64,000 nt of DNA, taken from the NCBI GenBank assembly GCA_012517435.1, contig JAAYUY010000076.1:1609-65608 (forward strand), given 5' to 3'. Shown here one piece after another: positions 1 to 11,200 of the stretch (its first letter is position 1; each line of letters starts with the position of its first letter). The position numbers and the translations under genes are program-made. Origin of the DNA: Sphingobacteriales bacterium (lineage in GTDB: Bacteria > Bacteroidota > Bacteroidia > CAILMK01 > JAAYUY01). The notes below the pieces were generated by a model that was not told the DNA's origin, ran no database searches, and worked only from the letters and a program-made list of their open reading frames with translations.

Positions 1-200
1 TTGATACCTACCCATTGATTGCGTGAGTCGAGGAAAGCCGACCATGTCCCATAATCGCCCGTATTGGCCGGATTGATTAAAATCCTGTTCAGATGATACA
101 GATCATACACGGGAAGTTGCTGTGCCGACAGAGAAAGTGAAAAAAGCATGGCAACGATCCATAAGTTTATTATCCTGTTCTTTTTCATTGTTTTGTTCAT
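1..200 (-). CDS. PorP/SprF-family T9SS-associated outer-membrane protein, N-terminal fragment. The gene continues past the window start.
   Basis: Hand translation of the minus strand from the ATG at 198-200 gives MNKTMKKNRIINLWIVAMLFSLSLSAQQLPVYDLYHLNRILINPANTGDYGTWSAFLDSRNQWVGI with no stop before position 1. It shows a signal peptide followed by AQQxPxY, INPA and RxQWxG motifs, which match the conserved PorP/SprF N-terminus. The start lies 7 nt after the stop of the upstream type-B CTD gene. Confidence 0.6.
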   Translation of the reverse strand, partial: MNKTMKKNRIINLWIVAMLFSLSLSAQQLPVYDLYHLNRILINPANTGDYGTWSAFLDSRNQWVGI

Positions 201-207
201 TTAGCGG

Positions 208-2268
208 TTAACGTAAAATGGTTAAATATCCTGAATACACTTTATCGCTGTTATCAAACCTGATAAAGTAATAATAAGTGCCTTCAGGGACAGGATTTCC
301 TTTGTACATGCCATCCCAGTTGTCGGCATAGGCTTTCTGACGATAGACTTCCACTCCCCAGCGGTCGTAAATTACCACTTCATTATCGGAGTAGTATTTC
401 AGTCCGATATCCCAGATATCATTTGCTCCGTCACCGTTTGGTGTCAGCATGTTGACCAGATCAAGCGTATAATCAAGATTTACGGTAACTTTCAGTGACT
501 TTGTGTTTTTACATCCTTTAAGGTCTTCCCCGGTTACGGTATAGGTAATGGTTTGTAACGGAAGTGAAACAGGATCGGATTTAAAGGCATTGTCGAGATA
601 ATCGGGTGGCGACCACGAATAGGTATTTGCTCCCCACGCCAGTAAAGGTACGGGTTTTCCAAGGCTGACCGCAGTATCTTCAGGAGATACCATGATAACA
701 GGCAGTTCGTTTACAGTAACCATGATGCTGTCTTTGTTCACACAGCCATGATTGTCAAATACCAGTGCCCTGTATTTCCCGCTGTTTTTGGCAGTAATGG
801 TAAATGTGTTTTCCCCTGTGGACCATAATATGGTATTGATGGCCGGTGAAACGGTCAGGACAACACTGTCGTTCCGGCAAAACTCTGTCGGGCCTCCTGC
901 TGTGATGGTAACACTTGGCAATGCCCAGACATTCACGGCCTTCACAAAGGTGTCGCTGCAGGCAAAAATATTGGCCACAATCAGGCTTACCTGATAGGTG
1001 CCCGGTGACTGATACAGGTGTTTGGGGTTCTGGTTAATTTCCCCATGATTATCATCAAAATCCCAGTAATAATCTTTTATCGGGGCTCCGTTAGGTTGTG
1101 AGAGATTTTCAAAACTAACCGTGTTCCCGAGGCAGACGTCCTGGGCATTAAATCCGGCCGAAGGTGTTGGATGTATGGTTATATTCTTGGATATCATATC
1201 ATTACATCCGTATGCAGAGCTTCCTGAAAGCTCAATGGTATAGGTTCCGGCATCGTTGTAAACATGAACAGGGTTGGCAGCAGTAGAAGTGTTGCCATCT
1301 CCGAATTTCCACAAATATGTTTTTGCGTATGAAAAACTGTTGTCGATGTTAATATCGTATCCAACGCAGGTATTTGAAAAGGTGAAGTTAAGCGTAGGCC
1401 GTGGGGCTATCACCACCAGTTTGACCGTATCTTTTACACATCCCTTATCCGATTCCGATTTAACCTGAACCAGATAATTTCCCGGAGCAATAAAGCTGAG
1501 TCTGTTGTCAGGGCTGGTGGTTGTCTGCTCATAGAGCGGATCTCCGTCAAAGTTCCAGTAATACTTGCTGATGCTTCCGCCTGCAACTGAGGAAGTAACA
1601 GTAAATTCGGTGGTATCATGGAAACAGGTTTTATCGAAATTAAAGTCAACAACCGGCAACGGATTTACCTTAACAGTCTTTAAAACAGTTGAAATACAGC
1701 CACTATCTGTTATCACCATGAGGCCAACAGTATAGGAACCGGGAGTATTGAACAAACGGGACACATCGGTACCGGAAGAATCATCATAGATCAGGTCATT
1801 GTTAAAGTCCCATTTGTATTTGACAATGCTGCCGCCCGAAATGGTTGAAGTGCTTTTAAAGGTGTTGGCTTCGCCCAAACAGGCATCCGTGGCAGTAAAA
1901 CTAGCTACTGCCAGCGGATTGACTGTAATGGTTTTATAAGCGGTTGTAACAACGTTTAAACTACTCCGGATACGGATACCTACCGGATAACTGCCTGCAG
2001 AGGCAAACAGTTTGGTAACAACCGGTCCGGTGGCATCCGAAAAATTTCCGTCTGCATTAAAGTCCCATTCATACAGAACGATAGTTCCGGAGGTAACCGT
2101 TGAAGTACTTGTAAATTTAACAGCACTGCCATCGCATGCACTGGTATAGATAAAACTGGCTACATCACCAAAACTTTTGGTCATCATCAGGGCTGCTGCC
2201 AGTACCAGACTCAGGGTTTTCATTGCTTTTTTCATCGCTTTACTTTTTAAAAGTTTTACCATTCTCAT
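208..2268 (-). CDS. Secreted multi-PKD-domain protein with a T9SS type-B (gliding-motility-associated) C-terminal sorting domain
   Basis: 686-aa ORF. It has an N-terminal signal peptide (MKKAMKTLSLVLAAALMM) and five or six PKD-like repeats with WDFxxDG...GxYxV signatures. The C-terminal 80 aa (LTPNGDGANDIWDI...IYDRWGVEVY...WDG...P.GTYYYFIRF...GYLTILR) matches the type-B CTD consensus. The gene sits 3 nt downstream of the 9405-aa gene and 7 nt upstream of the PorP/SprF fragment. Confidence 0.9.
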   Translation of the reverse strand: MRMVKLLKSKAMKKAMKTLSLVLAAALMMTKSFGDVASFIYTSACDGSAVKFTSTSTVTSGTIVLYEWDFNADGNFSDATGPVVTKLFASAGSYPVGIRIRSSLNVVTTAYKTITVNPLAVASFTATDACLGEANTFKSTSTISGGSIVKYKWDFNNDLIYDDSSGTDVSRLFNTPGSYTVGLMVITDSGCISTVLKTVKVNPLPVVDFNFDKTCFHDTTEFTVTSSVAGGSISKYYWNFDGDPLYEQTTTSPDNRLSFIAPGNYLVQVKSESDKGCVKDTVKLVVIAPRPTLNFTFSNTCVGYDINIDNSFSYAKTYLWKFGDGNTSTAANPVHVYNDAGTYTIELSGSSAYGCNDMISKNITIHPTPSAGFNAQDVCLGNTVSFENLSQPNGAPIKDYYWDFDDNHGEINQNPKHLYQSPGTYQVSLIVANIFACSDTFVKAVNVWALPSVTITAGGPTEFCRNDSVVLTVSPAINTILWSTGENTFTITAKNSGKYRALVFDNHGCVNKDSIMVTVNELPVIMVSPEDTAVSLGKPVPLLAWGANTYSWSPPDYLDNAFKSDPVSLPLQTITYTVTGEDLKGCKNTKSLKVTVNLDYTLDLVNMLTPNGDGANDIWDIGLKYYSDNEVVIYDRWGVEVYRQKAYADNWDGMYKGNPVPEGTYYYFIRFDNSDKVYSGYLTILR

Positions 2269-2271
2269 TTT

Positions 2272-5200
2272 TTACCTCCTGAATATTTTATGTCTCAGCA
2301 CACCGTCTTTGGTCGTTATTTCAACCATGTAGAGGCCTTTCGCATAATTCATGAGGTCGATGCGGTGGCGATACTGTTTATCAAATACATCTCCTTTATA
2401 TTCGTCCATGACTGCCCCTTCGGAGTTAAGAACCCTGATATAGAGTTCTCCAATGTCCTGATTGGCTGTCATTTCCAGATTGACGTAATCGTCAGCAGGA
2501 TTGGGATAAATGACTACACCGATATACTGTCCTGAATTTTCATCACCAATGGATGTCGGATAAATATTGAGCTGTTTGGTGATTGTATCGCTTGTACAGC
2601 TATTGATAGCAATCAGTGTTACAGTGTATTTACCAGCTGCTTTATAGATATGTACCGGAGAATTGGCGGTGGAAGTTGATGCATCTCCAAAGTTCCATTG
2701 ATAAGATGTGGCATTCTTTGACTTATTGACAAATGATGCTGAATGGCTGTTGATGTACACATCAAAATCAGCTTCAGGAGGCAAGGTGTTGGAGCTGATG
2801 GTAATCAGCTTGCTCTGCAGGCAGAGTTTGCTGTCTTTTACCCAAATTTCATAGGTTCCGGATTTAAGATTGCTGAAAGTACCTGATGCCTGATAGTTGA
2901 CACCATCTTTCGAATAGGTGTAAGGTGCGGTACCACCTGCGCCACTTACCGTCAATGCACCGGTACCGTCATTCGGACAGTTTTCATTGGTGATGTTATC
3001 CACTTTAATGCTTAGTGGTGCGGAAGGTTCGCTGATGGTAACCTGCTGATCGGTCTGACAACCATTCTGGTCGATTACCGTAACCGTGTAAACTCCTTTC
3101 ACCAGATTGATAAAGTTGGAATCGCTGCGGTAATGTACTTTATCCAGCGTGAATTTATACGGTTTGACACCACCTGAGGCATGGACTGTAAGTTTTCCAC
3201 TGAAGTCGCCATAGCAGGCCACATCTGTCTTGTCGATGCTCTTGATGGTCAGTGCCTGTGCAGGCTCTGTGATGGTAAAGCTGACTGAATCAAGGCACAG
3301 GTTGGCATCTCTGATGTAGGCTTTGTAATTGCCTGCAGGGAGATTGTTGAAGTAACCACTGGCCTGGAAGGTAGTTCCGTTCAGGCTATACTGGTACAGT
3401 CCGGTTCCGCCTGTTCCTGTCAAAGATACACTTCCTGTTGAGCTACCCTTACAACTGACATTTGTTTTGGAAGCAACGGTTACATCGAGTGCAGCAATAG
3501 GCTCTGTAATGGTAACACCCTGGGATTCACTGCAGTTGTTGCCATCTTTGACGGAAACAATATAGTATCCTGCTTTCAGTCCGTTGAAGACATTGCCGGC
3601 CTGATAGGTCTTTCCGCCATCAGCAGAATACTGATAAGTACCGGTACCTCCTGTTGCTGTCAATGTAATGCTTCCGGTCATATCTCCCTTACATTTAACA
3701 TTGACTTTCGATACGGTAATGACAATCGGGTCAGGCTCTGTAATGACAAAACTGCCGGTATCCATGCATCCTCTCTGGTCTTTTGCAAAGACACTGTATG
3801 ACCCTTTGCCCAGCTTGACAAAATTACTGTCGTTCTGGTAAGTGGTTCCGTTCATTGAGAAGGAATAAGGACTGGTGCCTTTGTGTGCATGAACGGTGAT
3901 TTTACCGTCATTAAGCCCGGCACAGGTAATGTTGTAGGCATCAATGTTAATATCAGGTTTCGGATAAATGGTTACCGGAATGGTAAGGCTGTCGGAACAA
4001 CCATGATTGCTGGTGGCTACCAGTTTGACCTGATAGGTTCCGGCTGAAGCATACATTTTTGTTGCATGCATGGAAGTAGTGGTCGATCCGTCTCCGAAAT
4101 ACCATTTGTAAGTCAATACACCTGTATTGATGGAAGATGTATTGGTAAAGCTTGCCTGATTGCCATAACAAACATTGGCGGTTGTGAACGATACTGAAGG
4201 AGCATCGTAAACCGTTACTGATTTGGTAACGCTATCGGAACAGCCTTTATCAGAAACAGTAACCAGTTTTACCGTATAAGTGCCCGGAGCTGAATAGAGT
4301 TTGGTTGGATTAATGACAGTTGAACTTGAGCCATCGCCAAAATACCAGGTATGTGACATGGTACCGCTGCTGATGGTAGAGTTGTTGACAAAGCTGGCAC
4401 TGTGTTTATCGCAGACATTGGCCGTACTAAAGGAAACTTTCGGCATGGCATATACAGTGATGGTTTTGGTTGAGCTGTCTTTACATCCGTAATTGGAAGT
4501 GGCTACCAGTTTTACATTGTAGCTATTGGCAACAGAATAGGTATGGTTCGGGCTCATAACAGTGGAAGTAGCGCCATCGCCAAAGTTCCATGCAAACGAC
4601 ATTGATCCGGAAGTAATGGTTGAATTATTATAGAAGCTGGCAGAACTGCCTTCGCAAATATTGTTAAAGGTAAAGGATACCACAGGCATCGGGTAAACGG
4701 TTACCTGACTTGAGATGGTGGATACACAACCTTTATCGGAAGTAACTGTCAGTGTAACAGTGTAAGTTCCGGCAGCTGCATAAAGGTGGGCAGGACTGGT
4801 TTGCGTGGAGGTGGTGTTGTCTCCGAAATTCCACAAATAACTCATGGTACCACTGCTGATGGTACTGCTGTTGGTAAAGCTGGTGCTGGTACCGTAACAC
4901 ACATTGCTGGCACTGAATCCGGCAACCGGCAACGGATAAACAGTTACCTGCTTGCTTAAAGTATCAATACAACCTTTGTCAGTGGTTGCCTGCAACACAA
5001 CTGTAAAGGTACCACTGGCAGAATAGGTATGATAAGGACTTACATTATTGCTGCTGTTACCATCTCCAAATGTCCAGTAATAACTGTTGCTGCCACCCGA
5101 TACGGATGAGGTGTTTTTGAATTCAATGGCCGTTCCCTGACAATCATTATTGGCGGTAAAGCTGACTGTCGGCATTGGATAAACGGTTACACTTGAATTA

Positions 5201-8200
5201 TAAGTGGAAACACATCCTTTATCACTGGTAGCTTTCAGGCTTACGGAGTAAGTACCTGCCGAAGCATAGAGATAGCTCGGACTGGTGGAAGTTGAGGTAT
5301 TGCCATCTCCAAATGTCCAGTAATAGCTCATCGTGCCGGAGCTGATTGTACTCGTATTGTTAAATGAAACATACTGTCCGTCACAGACATTATTGGCACT
5401 AAAGCCTGCAACCGGCACCGGATTGACATTCACAGTCTTGACCACACTTGCCACACAACCCTTATCGCTGGTGATGACCAGTTCAACGCTGTATGTTCCA
5501 CTGGAGGCATAAGTATAGTTCGGGCTGACGTTGTTGGAAGTATTTCCATCTCCAAATTTCCAGAGATAACTCATTGATCCTGAAGAAATAGTTGAATTAT
5601 TGGAGAAGCTTACAGCATTGCCGTTACATACATCATTGGCAGTAAATGAAGCAACCGGCATCGGATTCACAGTAACTGTCTGAGTTATACTGTCTTTGCA
5701 GCCGTTTGATGTACTGACCACCAGTTTGACGGTATATGTACCGGCTGATGCATATTTATATTTAAAGCTTGTTGCTGTGCTTGTGTTTCCATCACCCAGA
5801 TACCACATATAATCCATGGTTCCTGAACTGATAGTGCTTGTATTGGTAAATACTGTTGAGTCACCTGAACAAACCGTTGTAGCGCTGAAGCCTGCATGTG
5901 GTGCAGGATAAACCACCACCTGTTTAATCAGACTGTCTTTACAGCCATTGTTGGTGGTTGCTATCAGTTTTACGTCAAATGTTCCTGAACCAGTATAGGT
6001 ATGTGTCGGGCTGGTGTTGGCTGAAGTTGATCCATCACCAAAGTTCCAGCTATAGCTATTGGTACCGCTACTTACACCTGAATTATTGGTGAAGGAGACC
6101 TGATTACCTTCGCACACATTGGCAGCAGTGAAGCTGACCACCGGCATCGGATAGACTGTTACTGTCTTGCTGATGCTGTCTTTGCAGCCATTACCTGAGG
6201 TAACTACCAGTTTTACCGTATAAGTGCCTGCAGATGCATAGGTGTAAACCGGATCGGATGAGGTGCTGCTGTTGCCGTCTCCGAATGTCCAGACATAACT
6301 CATCGTGCCGCTGCTGATCGTGCTCGTGTTGGTGAAGCTGGTGGCTGTGCCTTTACAGACATCGCTGGCATTGAAGCCTGCCACAGGCTGCGGATACACT
6401 TCTACGGTCTTCACCAGACTGTCCACACATCCATTATTGGTAGTGGCTATCAGTTTTACACTGTATGTGCCACTGGCTGAATAGGTATAATTAGGACTGG
6501 TATTATTCGAGGTGTTGCCATCTCCGAAATTCCACAGATAGCTGTTACTACCGCTGCTTACACTTGAGCTATTGACAAAGTTCACAGCCTTGCCGTTGCA
6601 GACATTGGCGGCTGTGAAGCTGACCACCGGCATCGGATAGACCGTTACTGTCTTGCTGATGCTGTCTTTGCAGCCATTAGCTGAGGTAACTACCAGTTTT
6701 ACCGTATAGGTGCCTGCAGATGCATAGGTGTAAACCGGATCGGATGAGGTACTGCTGTTGCCGTCTCCGAATGTCCAGACATAACTCATCGTGCCGCTGC
6801 TGATCGTGCTGGTATTGGTGAAGCTGGTGGCTGTGCCTTTACAGACATTGCCGGCATTGAAGCCTGCCACCGGCTGCGGATACACTTCTACGGTTTTCAC
6901 CAGACTATCCACACATCCATTGTTGGTAGTGGCTATCAGTTTTACACTGTATGTGCCACTGGCTGAATAGGTATAATTAGGACTGGTATTATTCGAGGTA
7001 TTGCCATCTCCGAAGTTCCACAGATAGCTGTTACTACCGCTGCTTACACTTGAGCTATTGACAAAGTTCACTGCCGTGCCGTTGCAGACATTGGCGGCTG
7101 TGAAGCTGACTACCGGCATCGGATAGACTGTTACCGTCTTGCTGATGCTGTCTTTGCAGCCATTATCTGAGGTAACTACCAGTTTTACCGTATAGCTGCC
7201 TGCAGATGCATAGGTGTAAACCGGATCGGATGAGGTGCTGCTGTTGCCGTCTCCGAATGTCCAGACATAACTCATTGTGCCGCTGCTGATCGTGCTGGTA
7301 TTGGTAAAGCTGGTGGCTGTGCCTTTACAGACATTGCCGGCATTGAAGCCTGCCACCGGCACCGGATAGGCGGTTATTGTCGAAATGGCTGTATCTTTAC
7401 AACCCTTGTCCGAAGTGGATATCAGGGTAACAGTATAAGTATTTGCAGTAGTATAGGTATGTAACGGATTGACCGAAGTTGATGAGGTATAATCTCCGAA
7501 GTCCCAGACATGGGTTAAGGTGCCGGAACTTACAGTTGAAGTATTGCTGAAGCTAATGGATTTTCCGGTACAGTTGTCGGTAGCACTGAAGGCAGATACT
7601 GGTTTTGGATAAATACTGATTGATTTGACCGTTGAATCCTTACATCCGAAGTTGCTTGTGGCTACAAGGGTAACATTGTAGCTGCCATCAGCATTGTAAT
7701 AATGACTGGGTGATGCAGTCGTGCTGCTGCTTCCGTCTCCGAAATTCCAATTACTGGTAAACGTTCCGCTGGTGATATAGGTAATATTGTTAAAGCTTGC
7801 ATTCTGGCCATAGCAAACGTCATTGAGGGTGAAGTTAACAATCGGATTCGGATATATGGTCACGTTATAGGTGAATACATCTGTACAGTTATTGTCAGTT
7901 ATCACTGTTAAGGTTACCACATAAGTACCTGAAGACTGATAGAGATGTTTCGGGTGCTGAACTGTTGAAGAATCACCATCGCCAAAGCTCCAGATATAAC
8001 TCATGGTTCCTGAAGAAAGGGTCGAAGTATTGGTAAACACAGTAGAATCGCCAAAGCAATTGTTATTGACAGTGAAGGAAGCTACCGGCAGCGGTGTAAC
8101 CTTAACAACAGAAACTGCTGTGTCGCGGCAACTGTAATTGGAAGTAACTATTAACTGAACGGTATAATTACCTGCCGAATTATAAAGATGAACCGGGTTC

Positions 8201-11200
8201 TTAACTATAACTGCCCCACTGCCATCTCCCATGTTCCACAGATAAGAGGTAATGCTGCCACTGCTTACACTTGAAGAATTGTAGAAGTTAATGGCCTGAT
8301 TGACACATCCTGCATCATGCGTAAATACAGCATCAGGTTTCGGATATACTGTCAATGTTTTGACAACTGTATCCTTACACCCTTTATCGGTTGTTTCAAC
8401 CAGCATAACATTGTAATTGCCTGATACAGCGTATTTATGCTTCGGATGCTGGTCAGTTGAGTTATAGGTATCAGCAAAGTCCCAGTAATGAGTAGCAATG
8501 CTTCCTCCTGAAATGGTGCTGAGGTTGGTAAAGGCAAGGGTATCATCCAGACAGGCATTGGCTACACTGAAGTCAACACTGCTCTGCGGATGGACGGTAA
8601 TCTGTTTTGTCAGTGAATCTGTACATCCATTGTTGGTGGTCGTAATCAGTTTAACATCATAAGTTCCTGCAGAAGCATAAACTTTACCTGTTGGATTTTG
8701 CAGGGTTGAGCTGCTACCATCTCCAAATGTCCATGCAAATCCGGTAACTGATCCTGATGAAACAGTCGAACCGTCTGTGAAATCAAAGCTGTTGCCTTTC
8801 AGACATTGCTTGTCGTTGTTGATGCTGAAGCTGACTGTTGTTTGCGGATCTACCGTAACTGAGCTGCTGGCAGAATCCAAACAGCCATTATTGGTGGTAA
8901 CAATCAGTTTTACAGTGTAAGTGCCGGCTGAAGTATATACCTTGGTCGGATGCTGGGTGGTGGCATTGCTGCCATCTCCAAATGTCCAGTTCCAGTTGGT
9001 AATGCTACCGGAACTAACCGTTGAAATATCTGTAAAGCTGAAGCTATTGCCGCTCAGACATTGTTTATCGTCATTGATATTAAATCCGGCTGTTGATTGC
9101 GGATAAACAACAACATTCTTAATAACTGAATCAATACAACCTTTATCGGTAGTAACCATCAGTTTGACTGAATAGGTTCCGGCTGCAGAATAGCTATGTG
9201 TCGGGTTTTGAGATGATGATACATTTCCGTCTCCGAAACTCCATGACCATCCGGTTATACTTCCCGAACTGACTGTAGAATTATCTGTAAAGCTAAAGCT
9301 GTTGCCACTCAGGCATTGCTTGTCGTCATTAATGCTGAAGTCGGCAGCAGATTGCGGATAAACGGTAACGGATTTACTGACAGAATCCTGACATCCGTTG
9401 TCTGTTGTTACAATCAGTTTCACCGTATATGTTCCGGCAGAAGTATAGGAATGGGTTGGATTCTGAGTTGTTGAGGTTCCTCCGTCTCCGAAGTTCCAGT
9501 TCCAGGCAGAAATGCTACCTGAACTGACCGTTGAAAGATCAGCAAAGCTAAAGCTATTGCCACTCAGACACTGTTTATCGTTGTTGATACTGTAATCAGC
9601 CACAGATTGCGGGAATACAATCACTTGTTTGACTATGGTATCTTTACATCCGTTGTCAGTCGTTACAATCAGGGTAACGTCAAAGGTGTCAGGTACGGAA
9701 TAGGTCTTTCCTGAAGGATTTTGTGCAGTTGATGTGGTTCCGTCACCAAAATTCCAATCGTATGATACAATAGAACCTGAACTGACTGTACTGGTATTTG
9801 TAAAGCTGAAGCTGTGACCACTGTAACATTGTTTGTCATCGTTAATGGTGAAGTCAGCCATTGGTTTGGGATAAACAGTAACTGTTTTTACAACGGTATC
9901 TTTACCACCAGTATTAGTGGTTACAATAAGCTGAACATCATAGGTTCCTGATGCAGAATATTGATGGGTCGGATGCTGAAGGGTTGATGTAGTTCCATCG
10001 TCAAAGTCCCAGTGATGTGAAACAAATGTTTGTCCCGGAGGTGCATAACTGGTATTGGTAAAGGTGGTTGTAAAGCCGTAACATTCGTTGGTATAGTTAA
10101 AGTTTGCACCCGGCTTCGGATAAATAATCAACTGATTGACCTGAGTATCTTTACAACCGTAGTCAGAGACAACAATCTGAGATACATAGAAGGTATCATA
10201 GGTCAGGTATTTATGTTTTGGATTTTGCAGGGTGCTGTTTGTTCCATCATCAAAATCATAATAGAACCCGACAATTGATCCACTTGTGATAGTTGAGGAG
10301 TCGGAGAACTGAACAGTATCGTCAATACTTGAATTCGGGGCATAGAAATCGGCTACCGGTTTCGGATAAACGGTAATGTTATTGGTTGTAGAGTCTTGAC
10401 AACCATTGTTGGTTGTAACTATCAGTTTTATGGTGTAATTGCCCGGGTTGCTGTAAATGTGGCTTCCATTAGTGGATGAACTGGTGTTGCCATCTCCGAA
10501 ATTCCAGAGGCTGGCGGTTATTGAACCACTTGAAACCGTACTGGTGTTGAATGTAGTTGCAGGATTTTCACGACAGGTATTTCCTGTAGTAAAAGATGCC
10601 ACCGGCTGTACATCTACGGTAACTTGTTTGGTAATGCTGTCTTTACAGCCATTGTTCGTGGTAACTACCAGTTTTACATTATATGTTCCGGCTGTACTGT
10701 ATGTCTTGGCAGGAGGATTCTGACTGGTGGAAGTCGTTCCGTCTCCAAAGGTCCAGTAATAGCTCGTAATCGTGCCTGATGACACTGATGAATTATCAGT
10801 ATAGGTAAAGCTGTTGCCACTCAGACATTGCTTATTGTCATCTATGGTAAAGTCAGCTACAGGCTGAGGATCGACTGTTACCTGTTTCGTGATGCTGTCT
10901 TTACAGCCATTGTTCGTGGTTGCCACGAGCTTGACATTGTATGTGCCGGCTAAGCTGTAGCTGATTCCTGACGGATTCTGGCTGGTCGAAGTGTTCCCAT
11001 TGCCAAAGGTCCAGCTCCAGCCACTGACACTGCCGCTTGATACGGTGCTGCCATCGGTAAAGCTGAAACTGTTTCCGCTCAGACATTGCTTGTCGTCAGC
11101 TATGCTGAAGTCGGCTACCGGCTGCGGATCGACTGTTACCTGTTTCGTGATGCTGTCTTTACAGCCGTTGTTCGTGGTAACTACCAATTTGACATTATAT

